A stretch of 64,000 bases of DNA from Phoronis australis (taxonomy: Eukaryota > Animalia > Phoronida), in NCBI GenBank assembly GCA_002633005.1, contig NMRA01000194.1:499074-563073 (forward strand), in the 5' to 3' direction. Below are positions 46,101-59,824 of the stretch, in pieces (positions within the stretch are counted from its first letter, which is position 1; each line of letters begins with the position of its first letter). Below the pieces are notes generated by a model, which saw only the letters and a list, made by a program, of their open reading frames with translations, had not been told where the DNA came from and ran no database searches. The position numbers and the translations under genes are program-made.

Positions 46101-47099
46101 GAGACATGAGTTCAAGGTGTAGCACATTGAGGAAGGGCAGGTAGAGGCTTAGGCTAGTGTCTCTTCCAATTAAAAGGAGAAAAGACATGCTGGCCGAGGC
46201 ATCGCATGAGCCGAAGGTGATTTGTATGACATTTTGGCAAATTGGCGTTATTTTTGGCACTAAATCAATAAATTGACCATGGAGTTACGAAGAAATTACG
46301 TGTGAAAATATAACGCAACGCTTGTTTTTTGTAGTTTTGTCAGGATCTCTGATTTTCGACACTTTCTGTTAAAAAATGCGATCGAGAACGTAACGATAAG
46401 CGATCGGGAACGCAAATATGTGTTTGTTTGTGCGATCGGGAACGCATCGTGGTGTCGCACAGTAATGAACTTTTTACTTATAAAACGTGAAAAAGGTTAC
46501 AAAATAAGTGTGGCGAAATGAATTAATCACATTTTGCGTCATTGCTGTGGTACTTTTGTATTAAAACTGAACAACAGCATAGCATATTTCCATTAAATTG
46601 CCAGGAGCACTACATGTACCTCAAGCATAATTTTAGTTTCACAAACGAATTTATTTTCATTTCAACGAACATGTTACTCACGAAGTGAAGGTGCACCCTA
46701 CCAGGGTTTTGAAATACAAACATCTACTTTTAGACGAAACCACTGAAAACAAGGGGTTCTAAGCTGAAGACTCACCCAGGAGTTGTTCCATGTGGCCTGT
46801 CAGCCAGGGGTAAACAAATTGTTGCAGCAGATGAAAGGGAGAGTAGAATCTTCGTGTAAAACTGTGACAGCAAAAGGAAAAAACAAATGCCAGTGAAGTC
46901 AAAAAATGATGATGAGTTTGACAATGGGGAGAGAGGGGAGTGTGGCAACACTTCACGAGATGATTCAAAGATCCCCACTCATAAATGTCTGGGATTTAAC
47001 AATTGGCCAGTAGTTGTGTAAACTGGTGTGCTGAACTGTTTTACTGATAATATCCATACAGAGATGAACAGGTTGACTTGTGACACCCGTGTGGCTTGA

Positions 47100-47310
47100 A
47101 TGTACGCTGTGTTTTCCTCGCCGCCTCGTGGTTTCCACAAGCGGGAATGATACACCACAACAGCGGCACACACTCAGCTGAAGAACCACTGACGTCACAG
47201 GTTAACGCGACGCCTCTCGGCGAGGTGAGGTCGACCGTATACGAGGTGATGTGGATTTAAACCGACTCAGACGCTAAAAAGGAAATAAATCGGATGACAT
47301 TCTCTTCCAA
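47100..47310. mobile_element. Diverged end fragment of the Kolobok-like family
   Basis: Similar to ~16000-16189 (acaggtt.acgcgac.cctctcggc.aggtgaggtcgaccgtata...). Confidence 0.65.
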
Positions 47311-47529
47311 CTTGTATTGCATTTTTCTCATGAATACGAAGAAGACGAACCTAATTTCTTGCACTTATGATTCAGCAGGTTGTCTGATACTGATGACAAG
47401 TCTGTGTCATGGGAACAAGTTTTCCCTCTGTCAAGGACCCCAATCTGGCGTTTCCAGGCCACTACCACGAAATTGGACAGTCTGTGTCGAAGCAGTTGGT
47501 AGCGGACCCTCGCCCATTAAAATTGTGCT

Positions 47530-47593
47530 TTGCCGGGAATTAAGATAAAAGTCGAGCCGAATTGCCGGGAATTAAGATAAAAGTCGAGCCGAA
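47530..47593. repeat. Perfect 32-bp tandem duplication
   Basis: ttgccgggaattaagataaaagtcgagccgaa twice. Confidence 0.95.
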
Positions 47594-48127
47594 AGAGACA
47601 GACAGTTGAAATGGGCCATGGCGAAGAGTGTTTAGGAACATCTTCGGAAGTGTGCTCTTTTGCAAGTGAGAGCAATTATGGAAATTCCGCGTACGTTTTT
47701 AACAAGAAGAAAAGCTCAAGTTCAGCAGTTTTCTGGGAAAAGCACTAGACACATAATCTTCTGGTATATAATTACATAAATTTACATCAGGCTTGAGGCT
47801 ACAACTGACAAAAATCTAGTAGAACACATGTTGGCGTAAATTTTTCAAATCCAAATATTACCCTTGTTGGTTGAGATGCCAAGTGAAACAGTAATTAGTG
47901 TGTGTACTTTTCACAATGAAATAGTTTGATTCAGGTTAGGTAGCAGAATTTACCAACATTGACACCGGTTTGCTCCTGACCGGTAGTGCGGCCAGTTTCA
48001 CAGACTACGTAAATTACTGGCAAATACGTTAGATCACTGACGCAACTCCTCTTAAGATATCGCAAGACATTACAAGCGCAGAATGTTTTTAAAGATATTC
48101 ATGATTGCGAACAATGTAGCAAACATA

Positions 48128-48371
48128 CACAAAACGTACCGAGAGTGGCGTACTTGAAGTAATATCCCACGAGACAGTATTTCGCGTATCGACCGAGACC
48201 GAAGGTTGAGTGGGATATTACTTCTTGTACGCCAATCGAGGTACGTTTTTATTTATCCCATACGATTCGAATTCCTAATTTTTTCATTTTTCCGCAGATT
48301 TTTTAGGGAGGCGAATACGGAACATTAAATGGCCATATTTTCCTTGACAGATTCAACGCGTATGGGATAAA
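48128..48371. mobile_element. Double-hairpin insertion (Crypton-like non-autonomous element), absent from the paralogous position
   Basis: ~40-bp inverted arms around a GACCGAAGG loop, plus tttatcccatacg/cgtatgggataaa. Confidence 0.5.
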
Positions 48372-51000
48372 ATTATTGGAGTTAAGCACAGAAAGAATTA
48401 AACAGCCTTTACTGGGCGCGTAGCACGTGATCACGCTTGCTGTACTCCCAGAATTCTTGTGTCTGCGGACTCAGATCCGGTGACGCCAATTTTAATTCAC
48501 GAGAAGTCATATACGAATCACTGTGATGTCACCAGCAGAAAGCTTACGAACCGACAACTGTCCCACGATGCATTTGAAAACGACGCCAGCGCCACTAATT
48601 GTGTAATTTATGCGGTAGATCATTGCATCACGATCTTGGCTGCTATAAACTGCTGAGTGTCTCATCGACTGGAACAGCTGTTGAATATGATATTAATTTG
48701 CATATGACAGGGCAGGAATAAACCATACACGTCACGTGAGCATGAGAACCGAGGATGATAACGTTTAAATTCAAGGGCCGTGGGTCAAATTTTTGTACTT
48801 GAAATCGAAATCGAAAATATTTTTGATTATTTTGGAATCCCCTCTCTGCCGCTATTTAACACGATTGTTGTTTTCGACACCCACCATCATGCGTACCACC
48901 TGTCTTCCCGTCCCAGGTAAGGCGACCACTGCTATTTTTAGCTGTGAAGTCAAATGATCACGTTTGTGCCATTGCATGAAAAAAATGAAGAGATAATTTA
49001 TATAGTTTTTTACCATAAATTTTAATGCCATTTGCCAGCCACTGTCGACGCACTACTGGGTTATATGGAAACCAATGCAATATTGTTCACATTTTCGCTC
49101 GCATCATATCCTGAACAACCAGGCGCACAACAACACACCATCACGAGAAGCTGATATACGGAAAATTGTGACAGTGCTCCGATTATTTAGTTTACGCCAC
49201 ATTAAAACGAACGGATATCATTAATTATGAGTCTCATGAAATTTAAACAGCAACCATGTATGCAAAAAACTATACGGGTTGTCGTAATCAAATATTGAGC
49301 GGAAAGCCAAGTCTCCGGGGTCATCAATCAGTCTCTCTTCTCATAACCTCTAGACAGTACCTTTTGCACATCAGTAGTGCCGTTCTCATGCGGAAGTAGC
49401 AGCAGTGCAAGCAATCGCGTTAATTTTTCGTTAAAATTTTAATCTTAAGAAATTTTTAACCAACGGAATGAGATCTGTTACTTTTATATCAATTTGCGTT
49501 GTTTTTCTGTCAACAGCTCAAGAAGCGTTTGCGCTTTCTTCGCTGTATCGCGTGATTACCGGCTATAAACTTACAACAAGTGATTTTATGCCCACAATTC
49601 AAAATACTAATCCTCGTACGTGCTCTCAGGCGTGTCTTTCGTCGGACTTTGCAGGGACCCCTTGCGTTTTAGCTAATTACAATGTGGATACAAACGTATG
49701 CGAACTGTATTTAGGCAACGCGTCTCCACTGCACTCAACCAATAACGCGTTCGAAGCCAATGTTACGTGGAACATTTTACACAAAGTAGATCTCATAGGT
49801 AAGTAGGCCAGTTTTAGTTAAAATCAGGACATTCGCTCAAATCTCAAAGATGTTGTTTCACACAAAACAACACATATCAGTTAGAGCTGTACGTCTTGAG
49901 AAATTCTTTTTTGTGGAAAACTAAAGGGTAACACGTCAGTGAAAATGCAATCGCATAAAATCCAAAAAAATTGGTAATTCATAATGAATTTCAAACAAAT
50001 TCCGGATGCTAAATTTCGTGCTTGGCAGTTTCTTTATAGTCACGGTTGTATGAGTTCCAGTCGTAACCACAGAAAACAGCAAATTTGCTTTCTTTCCCGA
50101 CTTTCAACATTTCAAATTACCTGTAAGTTTTACTGAGACAATTATTTATTCAGTTGCTACTCAATGACTTCAATCACGCTCATTCGATACAATATTAGTC
50201 ATTTTCCGTTCCATGTTGTAATAAATATATAGCATAGACGGCACAGCACTGAAATAAATGTGGGCCATTGCCCCCCAGTCCCCTATGGGCGCAGCCCATG
50301 TATAGTAATGTACATGCTAACGTCACATAAAAATGGACGAGATCATGATTTCATATTGCACGCTTTTCCTTTTTGGCTAATCTTTATGAAATGCGTATCA
50401 CAGGTGTACCAAAACTATTTTCTGCCTGAGTAGCACTGAGCGTAGAGGACACTGTGAACACAAACCGTGTTTATCATGTAAATTATGACTCAAGTAATAC
50501 GCCATTTACGCTTGTAGAGGCATGTTCTTATGTTCAGTTGATTAAATACGTCCGTTGACTTCATTCTGGACTAACCAATGAAGATCCAATATCACAGTTG
50601 TTCCCCATACTCCAGTGCTCATTGGGACTGGATGCGAGAGTTTTGCTTTGAGCCTGGAATTTGCATGCACAGTCTTACGTTTACTGCTTTGTTTCTTTTT
50701 GTAGACAAATACTGGACAGTGAACTACAACATCGACTCACCAAGCGATGGTGTCGAAAACGAGTCGTTGAACAGTATAAAGGTGAGGTGTATTATTTCAA
50801 AAATACGTACAAAGAAGACCAGGATATGGACTCCAGCGTTGTTAAAAAGTATTTCGGCTCGCTATCGGAGAGTCGTTGCAAATGTATAAATGAGATCGTA
50901 ATATTTTTTGGAAAACGCCCGCTCCATATCACGATGCAAGTCTACAAAGAATCATCTGTGCAAAAGCATGAAAATTTTGAGACATCCAGTTAAGAAAACA

Positions 51001-51246
51001 GATCAAGTTTGAGTCTAATTCTGGTATAATAAATTACTAAAAATTAGAAGAGGCGATTTAAGATTCGATTTGTCACACGTATGCGATGGTGTTCCGAGGT
51101 CAATGCCGCGCCGTCTGGTCAAAACGACACCAATTGGCCAGAATAACGATAACGTCACAAGCCAAGCTGAAGTCCGTGACTGATGCGGACGCAACGTCGC
51201 TAATTTTTAGTAAGTTTTTATTCCAGTATTAGACTCAAACTTGATC
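51001..51246. mobile_element. ~246-bp inverted-repeat element in intron 2 of copy 2
   Basis: ~47-bp arms gatcaagtttgagtctaat...aaattag / ctaatttt...attagactcaaacttgatc. Confidence 0.7.
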
Positions 51247-51909
51247 AATCACCTGTGCATTTCTACCGTTTAGTCTTTTGCGAAGAGATAACACATAAGT
51301 ACAACCATACATGGGCAGGACGTTGATTTTTTATCACAGTAGCCACGAACGTTCTTCACTTATTTATTTAACATACAACATGGCTTAAGTGAAATTCTAT
51401 AGTCAAATTTCTCCTCAAAGATGAAGAAAATTTCAGCATGGTTTGCACATTTGATGAAGTTTCCACTGTGTAAAGCCACGTGATTATAACTTGAAAAATA
51501 CAGGCAGCAATTTCAGTGCAGCAATTATTTTTATGGGAAATATGTGGAGATTTACCTTAATAGGATACCAAACCCTGTTTTTAGCTGTTTCAACCAATCG
51601 CCTTTCTGTCGTCTGCTAGTGCTTAATTGGCGTCCCACTTGAGTGATTAAAGCAATGATGGATGGTCGTTCTCCACAAATGTCGTGTATTATTTATTTGT
51701 TATAGTGACACAAGGCTGCCAGTAAATACAATCTCAAAGACAGAATATTCACCACACCCCTCAATGGGCTTACTCAGTCACCTAATAATAATTATTAAAT
51801 CATTACATAACACATTGTACACGCTCAAATATGACCACTTCAGACTAGTTTATGAATAAATAATTACTTCTAACCTGCAAAGTGTCTTAAATGAATTTCG
51901 CTAGACCTT

Positions 51910-52158
51910 TCAAGTTATTTTGGAATATTTGAGGTAGGGCAGAATCCCGTATAAAAATGGTCGAATGTGAGTATATTTGTCACAATCAAAAACGAAATGA
52001 ACTTCATCTTCAATTCCGTTTTCAGAAACACGACAAATCCGTTCATTCACAGGAATTCCGAAATACCGCCCCACCTCAGCCTCTAATGGCAGAATACGTG
52101 CAATCAATCGAGCTATGACGACCTCTGAGACGTGTAAGTCGCCTAAAGCGTAGGTCAC
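51910..52158 (-). mobile_element. 3' relic of a non-LTR retrotransposon (RTEX-like C-terminal zinc-knuckle region)
   Basis: LPLEAEVGRYFGIPVNERICRV....IEDEVHFVFDCDKY. Confidence 0.7.
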
Positions 52159-52702
52159 ATTTGAACGTTTAACAAACAGTGAAAAGCGTTTTGCTCAAAA
52201 CGTGTTGGGGTTGTCGAGGGTTACGAAGCAATATTACGTTTCAGAGAACTAGATGGGAAAGTCGTTTTCAGGACCTGTTACTAGGCCAAAAACGGGTTTT
52301 AGTATCCTTTTAATGAACTCACAGTCCGTTTTATAGATTAGGATGTTTTATAACAATACTGGCAGCTTGTTTACCGAATTTCAGATTTTTTTGAAACATT
52401 GCAGTGCAATTGCCTGTGGTATTTAGACAATTTTCAGATTTTTGTGAGAACTACTGAAACGTTTCAGGAAAAACCTTTACATGAAATTGAAATCGCTGCC
52501 TTATTTTCAGGCTGCGAGAAACAACGTTTGTCACGGGCTCGAACCATTGTGGACGCGTTGTAAAACAGGATCCAAGACCTTTGACCTCTCCACTCTAGTA
52601 TCTGCCGGTATAACGCAAACCCTGGAGCCAGGCAAAGAGTGCACACCATCTGGCGGTCTGGAGTGTCGTGACGCAAGTCAAAACGGAGGCTCTTGCAGCA
52701 AT

Positions 52703-53340
52703 GGGGCTATTCGGAGAATTCTCCTCGCGGTGTCGCTGCTGTACTAGTGGTGATTGAATTGCGCATGCGTGGCTGTCTGCATGTAAACAACTGGTAAAAG
52801 ATGGGATTTTTATCAAAATACGTCGTCGCGCTAAGCCATATTACTGCTAATTTCCTTGGTACAAGTCTTCGACAGGTGGACACAAATTCCCAAAAGACCT
52901 AAGGTTACTATATTCGTGGACAATTGCGGTCAACAGGGTCAACTAACTGACAAAAAGTGTGTGGATGCTGAAGCCCCGTGTGTGCTCTATGACTATGCAG
53001 TTCCCGGCATTCGGAGACTACACAACATTACTTGGTAAGTTTTTAGCAATCAGTTTCTATCAACATCGTTCGGTGATGTTATCCCCACCAGTTACCCCAC
53101 TGAATAACAGGTTTGTTGTGTGGAACTAAGTGTTTCTTTTTGGAAACTCACCGATGACGGGTAGGCTAGCAGCACATATTCATATTGTTCTGGGTGNTTT
53201 TTACGCAATCTCAGATTCAGTTGGCACGGATGCAAGCCATTTCACCATGTATTTAAAGGGCTCGCGAAATCGAGGCTGTTAATCTATCACCACTAGTACA
53301 CTCACGCCCTCTAGTTATTGCAGATTTACCGAATAGCCCC
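52703..53340. mobile_element. 638-bp MITE with 2-bp AT TSD (ISL2EU/Harbinger-group-like) in coding exon 3 of copy 2
   Basis: TIR GGGGCTATTCGG/CCGAATAGCCCC plus inverted ACTAGTGGTGAT; comparison with the intact copy-1 exon shows AT duplicated. Confidence 0.88.
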
Positions 53341-54203
53341 ATTACACTGTGTCATTCCAGTGTGTGGGGATTAAAAGTAAGCACCCACCAGCGTCTCTGC
53401 ATTGATGTTTAAATTTTCTAAGCTCATGTCTGTTGAGCAAATGTTATAATCTTTTATGAAAAAGTGGGCGAAAATGATATCCTTCTTATGAATTTTCACA
53501 AGAACATTAAAAGGGAAAATTTCTTTAAATTTGGGCCTAATTAAACTTGCAGGTTTTAATCTCGTGCGCTTATGTTCACCAATTAGGAAATTAGAAAGAA
53601 ACAAAACAGCCAAAACTAGAATCTGAATACTAGAAAACCATGACACAAGCTGACGAACATGTAGCAAAATAAAATAAGAAAAGTCTGGCAAGTCATGGAA
53701 CTCTGGCATTGGAATGCCAACTTCGATCTGGCACTGGTTTGGTTGAGCCGCGTGGGAGTGGCATTTGTTTGCATTCGTTTTTTCCAGTGTTAGTTATTGC
53801 AGTGAAATTTACTTTCAGTAATATTATTTTTGCAACTCTGCTATTTTTTAACCGAATAGTGTAAGAGTCATACTAAAAACCCCTCCGTCGGTTCTTGGTG
53901 TATGATTATACCAAAAGCAAACGACAAATTGTTTATTTCGTAAACAATCATAATTTTGCATAATTGAGACGTTTTTAAGTATTCTAAAAACTAAAAATGT
54001 CACCAAGTTTCTAGAATAACAGGGTGTAATAGTTATATTAAAAAGGAAATGAACCAGAAAAAACATATTAAATGATTAATTAAACTAGCACTGAAATAAT
54101 TTCAATGATTCAAAAGATTTATACTCTATCAAGACACAGATGTTAGAATGTGGATCCTCCACCGTTATTGTGAAGAATTTAGTCAGTTAATATTTTTATA
54201 TAT

Positions 54204-54700
54204 TTATTGGATCTCTGGTGCAGTTTAATAAAGTTCTTCTGTAAAAATTCATGCTGCAATGACATTTACAAAATGTGATAGAATATTTACTCCTACTCCC
54301 TGCTGAAAGTTGCTAGATAAAACATGAGTAAGCGTCCATTGTGTAGGTTTGTCTTTATAAATTTATTGGATCTCAAGTGACGTTTGATAAAGTTCTTCAG
54401 TAAAAATTCATGCTGCAATGACATTTACAAAATGTGATAGAATATTCACTCCTACTCCCTGCTGACATTTTCAGATAAAGGCTTTTTGATAGATAAAACA
54501 TGAGCAAGAGTCCATTGTGTAGGTTTGTCTTTATGAATTTATTGGATCTCAAGTGACGTTTGATAAAGTTCTTCAGTAAAAATTCATGATGCAATGACAT
54601 TTACAAAATGTGATAGAATATTTGCTACTACTCCCTACTGACATTTGCAGATAAAGGCTTTTTGATAGATAAAGCATGAGCAAACGTCCATCGTGTAGGT
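54204..54700. repeat. ~176-bp tandem repeat, about 3 copies
   Basis: ttattggatctc...gcaatgacatttacaaaatgtgatagaatatt...ctactccct recurs three times. Confidence 0.9.
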
Positions 54701-56220
54701 TTGAAATGTACTGCGGATACATCATTACACTAAGTTGCAATGCGCACTGTAGGACATTCCATAGTACCTTGTAAAGAAACTCATTCATCTAGAGTAAAAA
54801 TTAGTGATCCTGATACATGCAGTGAGTGTCGTCGTAAACAAGAGACACTGCAACGCATTTTCACGATTGTTATGTTACTAAAGAAAGTAGACTCTGGAAA
54901 ATAACAATATCCATAACAAAGTGGCAAACAAACACCTGCTTCACAATTGTCAGCATTTGGGAATAAAAGACGGGGACAACTAGATTCAAAAACGGGACTT
55001 CCAGATAAAAAGAGGGACATTTGGCTGTATGCCAAAACGCGAAGGTGAAATGTTTGCCGCAACACACTAAAACGTCCCGGAGCCAGGAATTTATTGAATT
55101 TAGTTTTATTAGGGTTGTTGAAATTAACTTTCAAAACTTTTCAGCTAAAACTCCCACTCCACAAAGCATCAAAAGATCGAATCTAGGGTGACGGATTCAG
55201 ATCTTGAAAAAATTGTGTGTACGTGCATCCTGGTGAGATATGTTCAAAATGTTTATTTGGAGTTTTTGGGCCATTATTTACGTTAGATAATCATGAATAT
55301 TTTGGCCCAAAATAGCCCATTTTTGGTTCAAAGAGGTTCACTTAGTGAAGTTGATAAAAAATTTAAAACGGCTTAAAAGAACGGGAAAGAAAAAATCTTG
55401 ATAATGATTATGCAGACAATAAGAAGTCTTTGAAATTCTAAAGGCGTTTCCATCGGCCTTCACTAGAGTTCCAAATTTCTGTAAACTTCGCCCAAGTTTG
55501 TGTATTTGACTTTTAGCCACTTTTAAGGTGTTCGGGGGGGGGGCAGTTTGCAGGGTGCTGGTGATTTCCAATGATATTTTCGTCAGCTTGCTGTCTGACT
55601 AAGAAAATAAAACAAATAAAAGTGTGCTTTTTGTTTGTATTTAAGCGACAGCCTATAGAAAAGATACACCATCGCGTATTTCACATTGCCTGACTACGGA
55701 TAGTATGCAGCTTTATCTCCCAAACCTCGTAAAGGGGCTTCATTATTTTTTGGAAATATATTTTTGTGGTGATCAAACCAGTCGACGTCAATTTTTAGAC
55801 ACTACAGCAGGCTCCCTGGTGGCAGTTTCTATGACTAGATTTTTTCGGTGAAATTTCATAACATGTGGCCAAAACCTTTCCATGGAGGAAACAATGGCAC
55901 ATGCATGTTTCCCGTTTCAATATTAATCAAATATTCTGCTACGGTATTTTGTTTTCTGTCTTCTATTGTACCAGAGGATGACATTTAGTAGTCTTCGAAA
56001 CGTCGTTTACTTGCCGCACACAAGCGTGGTTTTTGTTATCCACTTCTTACTTCTATTGTGGCCAAAATTGATATTATTTACTTCATGTTTTCGAATAATT
56101 CTAACCTGAGCTACCTTACTAGTAACAGTTTTAGCACTTTGGAAACCGTTTCATATGTCTAACCTGTGGCCCCCCCGTCAGCTGCTAACTGATGCTGTGC
56201 CCTGGTAACGTCAGCCTTAT

Positions 56221-56480
56221 CACTCTGCGCGTGTAAGTGCAGAGTACTGCTGTTCCTGGGTTTTCTTCAATTTTAGTCTTATTACTCTGCGAGTTTAAGC
56301 GCAGAGTACTGTTGTTCCTGGGTTTCCGTCAATTTTATTCTTATTCTTATTACTCTGCGCTTGTAAGCGCAGAGTACTATTGTTCCTGTTTTTCTTTTTT
56401 TCAATTTTATTACTCATCGCGTGTAAGCGCAGAGTGCTGTTGTTCCTGGGTTTCCGTCAATTTTATTCTTCTTATTTTTA
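56221..56480. repeat. ~62-70-bp tandem repeat (4 copies) with ACTCTGCGC..GCGCAGAGT hairpin; Helentron/HINE-like head
   Basis: Four hairpin units followed by a (TTC/TTA) tract; family assignment is an inference. Confidence 0.7.
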
Positions 56481-56589
56481 TTCTTCTTCCGACCAAATTT
56501 GACGCTTAATAACTCCAGAATGGATGCAGGTATGTTCTTTAAATTCAACATTTGAATTTAAGCAGTACATAAATTTTGAAATTTTTAAA

Positions 56590-57556
56590 ATATTTATTAC
56601 GAAATCTTCAAAATACAATGAATATACATAACCCAAAAAGCGCCAAGAGGCATTAGACCTGGGCTAAAAAATACAAAGAAGTCTATATACAATTATTATA
56701 CACGAATACATAAATTAAAAAAACTGATGCTAAGATTACAATGATAATGATTACGAATGTAAATAGTTCATTTTCATACACACTATACAATTCTGTCCAC
56801 TCACACAAAGAGATTTAATGTTATAAAGAAATTCTGAGACTATTTCGAATAAAACCTTATTTTCATTTGGGTCGAGTTCTTGACATCCATGTAGAAAAAT
56901 TAATTTTGTTGTACAATTGCGGAATTTCAGAATATTTTTTGTAAACAGTGGGGTATTGTTCGAGTGTCTGGAAAAGCTGTACCCTCTGCTCCTTGCATAC
57001 GTCACAAGCAAAGAAAACACGAAAATATGTCTGGGTGTCTCCACAAGAACACAGAGGCAAAATATTATTAAAATTATATCTAAATTTCTCGTTGTATAGG
57101 AATAGACCGCATGTTGATCTGTATAAGGTTATTTCATGGTTGCGAGGAAGTTGGAATGATGTCAATTGGACTGATAAGTCTTGAGTAGTGGTATGCATTT
57201 TAAAGTTATTTTTGACAGTGACGATTGAAGTGCTTTCTTTTATTTTGAATGGTAAGGAATTCCAGTTGTCAATACAAGTTAATATCGTTGATCTCCTGAA
57301 GGCTTGGCTGATGGAAGATGGAATAGTGTGCATATTACTTTGTCGCAGTCCTGGTCTCGTGTTTCGTCTTTCGTAGGAGTCAAAGAGGATTTTGTTAAAG
57401 TAACTGTTTATGTTGGTTAAGACTTTGAATGAATACATGGACAGGTGGAGTTTACGACTGGTTGCTAGTTTGCTCCAGTTGAGACTATTTAGAACCTTGG
57501 TTGTGTTGGACCCTTTGTATGCCCCTGTTATAGCTAAAGCTGCTTGGTATTGTAGT
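56590..57556 (-). mobile_element. 5'-truncated LINE (CR1/L2-group-like) 3' end
   Basis: QYQAALAITGAYKGSNTTKVLNSLNWSKL..RKLH...YSFK, then WNSLP..IK and CSCG motifs (ORF 56863-57438). Confidence 0.75.
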
Positions 57557-59824
57557 CTTTAGAATTGAAGAAGTATGGCAGCGTTTGCCGATTGGTAGAG
57601 GAAGCCCGTCCTCTTTTTAAAGAAACTTAAAAAATTAGTAATAAAATATTACAAACAGGACTGAAAGTTAGGAATTTTTTTATATTTTGGAAATATCATT
57701 CGTCAACTGACGAACTCACTTTGTGTTCTAAATTAGTACATGTAAAAGAGAATCCTTAATGGACGGAGTGCCATAATTCATAAGTATTGACAACGAGGCG
57801 GAGCCGAGTTAACGGTTCCTAAGCAGATGTTTTAATAACATCTAGCAGATTTTGCCACTGGAATTTTTTGAACTTTGGAAAATTAAAAAAATATGCAGAC
57901 AGATAAAAAGGAGATATTCGCACAAAGCGTCTGGAAAATTTTTGGCGTTGCCTTATCTTCTAAACAATGTTTTACATATTTACAATTATTTTCTTGGGAA
58001 GAAATGGGAAGTGCATGTGTTCCAAGCAAAACGGTTCGATGAATAGAACACGTACAATTGGAATTAAAGTCTTACATTATATTTTACACACCGTCGCTAT
58101 TTATTAGTACTGCACATGGGCGTGCAAGTCTGTTAGGTTATCATATAATGAACAATATACAATTGTCACAGGCAAGCGACCGTTCAAGAACTGGTCGGCC
58201 AATCAATGACCTTCAAATTTGTTACTGTTATGGATAATACGTTTTCAACAATACACGACAACGGAGTAAATTTGACTACTATAACCAATCCCTAGACAGT
58301 GCCGGCAGGTAGGACAGATCCGCAGACCAGCAAATCAGGTCGGCGGATTCGACTGAACCTAGCGTCTTGGCATGGCTGTCTCGGTCAAACGCCCTCCTGA
58401 CGGGTTAAATCGCAGTCGATGAATAAGTACTTCAAGCGCACCGGCCTTGATTTCAGCTTATGTTTGGAAGACAATGACGCGATAATTGGCGATGTATAAA
58501 ATCATAAAAAGAAAAGGGATTTTATTGTTTTACAGCTCTGGTCAAAGCGAGTAACTTCAAAAAGTCATTCAACAATAGTGCCAAATATGTGTATTCAGCG
58601 GTAAAAAGATGTTGCCTCTTCATTTTGCTCGATAACGAGATTATGCACGATATTTGTAGTGCTGGAGACCAGGTCCTAAAATGACCCACAGTGTCAACTC
58701 ACACTGTCGAGCAGTAACGAACTATCTCTTCTTTCCAACCCCAAATCACTTCTAACCTGTGCAAGGAATAAAGCGAGACATCTTTTACAACGGCGGATGG
58801 TCTACATCAAAAGATATTTTTACATTAGGCAGGCATATGAGCAGTTGTCACTTCTGAGTCACTGAATTTAATATTTTTACTGAAAGTAAAAAATGACGGA
58901 ACCCATTGAGGACGGAGTCTGATAGATTCTTTTTAAGCGAGATGTTTGAAAACAATGAATACTGTTCAAAACTGGCTAATTTATATTCCGTTTCCATACA
59001 TAATTTATAAAAACCGCGCTTTTTAATTCATTGGCACTATATTGGCTCTTGTCTTTGTGCTTGTAGATTATTTGGATTCCTTGTTAGCGTATTGGTCCTT
59101 CGACACAAATTACGAAGATCAGTCTGGCAACGGGTACAACGGCGCAGGTGTTGGTAACACACCCTCCATCTCTAATTCTAGTTATTCCAAGGTACGTGTA
59201 CAGTAGTTTGCGTGGTCTTACGTGGTCTTGTTTGTTTGCATAACACTTAGTCTGTTGAACACACCCCAGTGTAGCAGCAGAGTGTCCTACTGGCTCAGTG
59301 CCACAAGGGCATTAACTCGTACGCTACCATACGGTTTTGCTGCTCCATGAATGCCCGGATGCTTCATTTAAATATATACAGGTCGAGCATTGATTTCATC
59401 GGGACAATGATTCGTTTAGAATTATATAGGACCATATAAAATGATTCAGTTTGGTTAACGTCAAAACATATCTCAGAAACGACATATTTTATGCATATGA
59501 AATTTTTATTTACCACGATTTGTGCACTGTTCTTCAAAACGCTATCTATTTTGCACGAAGAGCTGTCAAAAACAGTATTCCTATCATTTTCATGAAAAAA
59601 TTAAAAATTTGCATCGTTCCTGAGATTTTATCTTGGACAATTGTATCAAATGAATTTGACCCATGTTCTTGATTCCGTTGTTTCCGTTTGAATGTATCTG
59701 CCCTTTTCATTAAATTTTATTAAAAGAATTAATGAGAAATTTTTATCAAAATCTAATTATATGGCTTTAAACTTTGTAAATATACAAACTAAGCTAAAAT
59801 CTATAGTTTCAAATATATTTATCT

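Noticed and set aside
53197-53197. Single ambiguous base n
   Set aside because: Assembly ambiguity, not biology.
52703-53340. Exonic MITE acting as a self-removing intron (introner)
   Set aside because: There is no GT or credible GC donor at its left boundary that would restore the frame.
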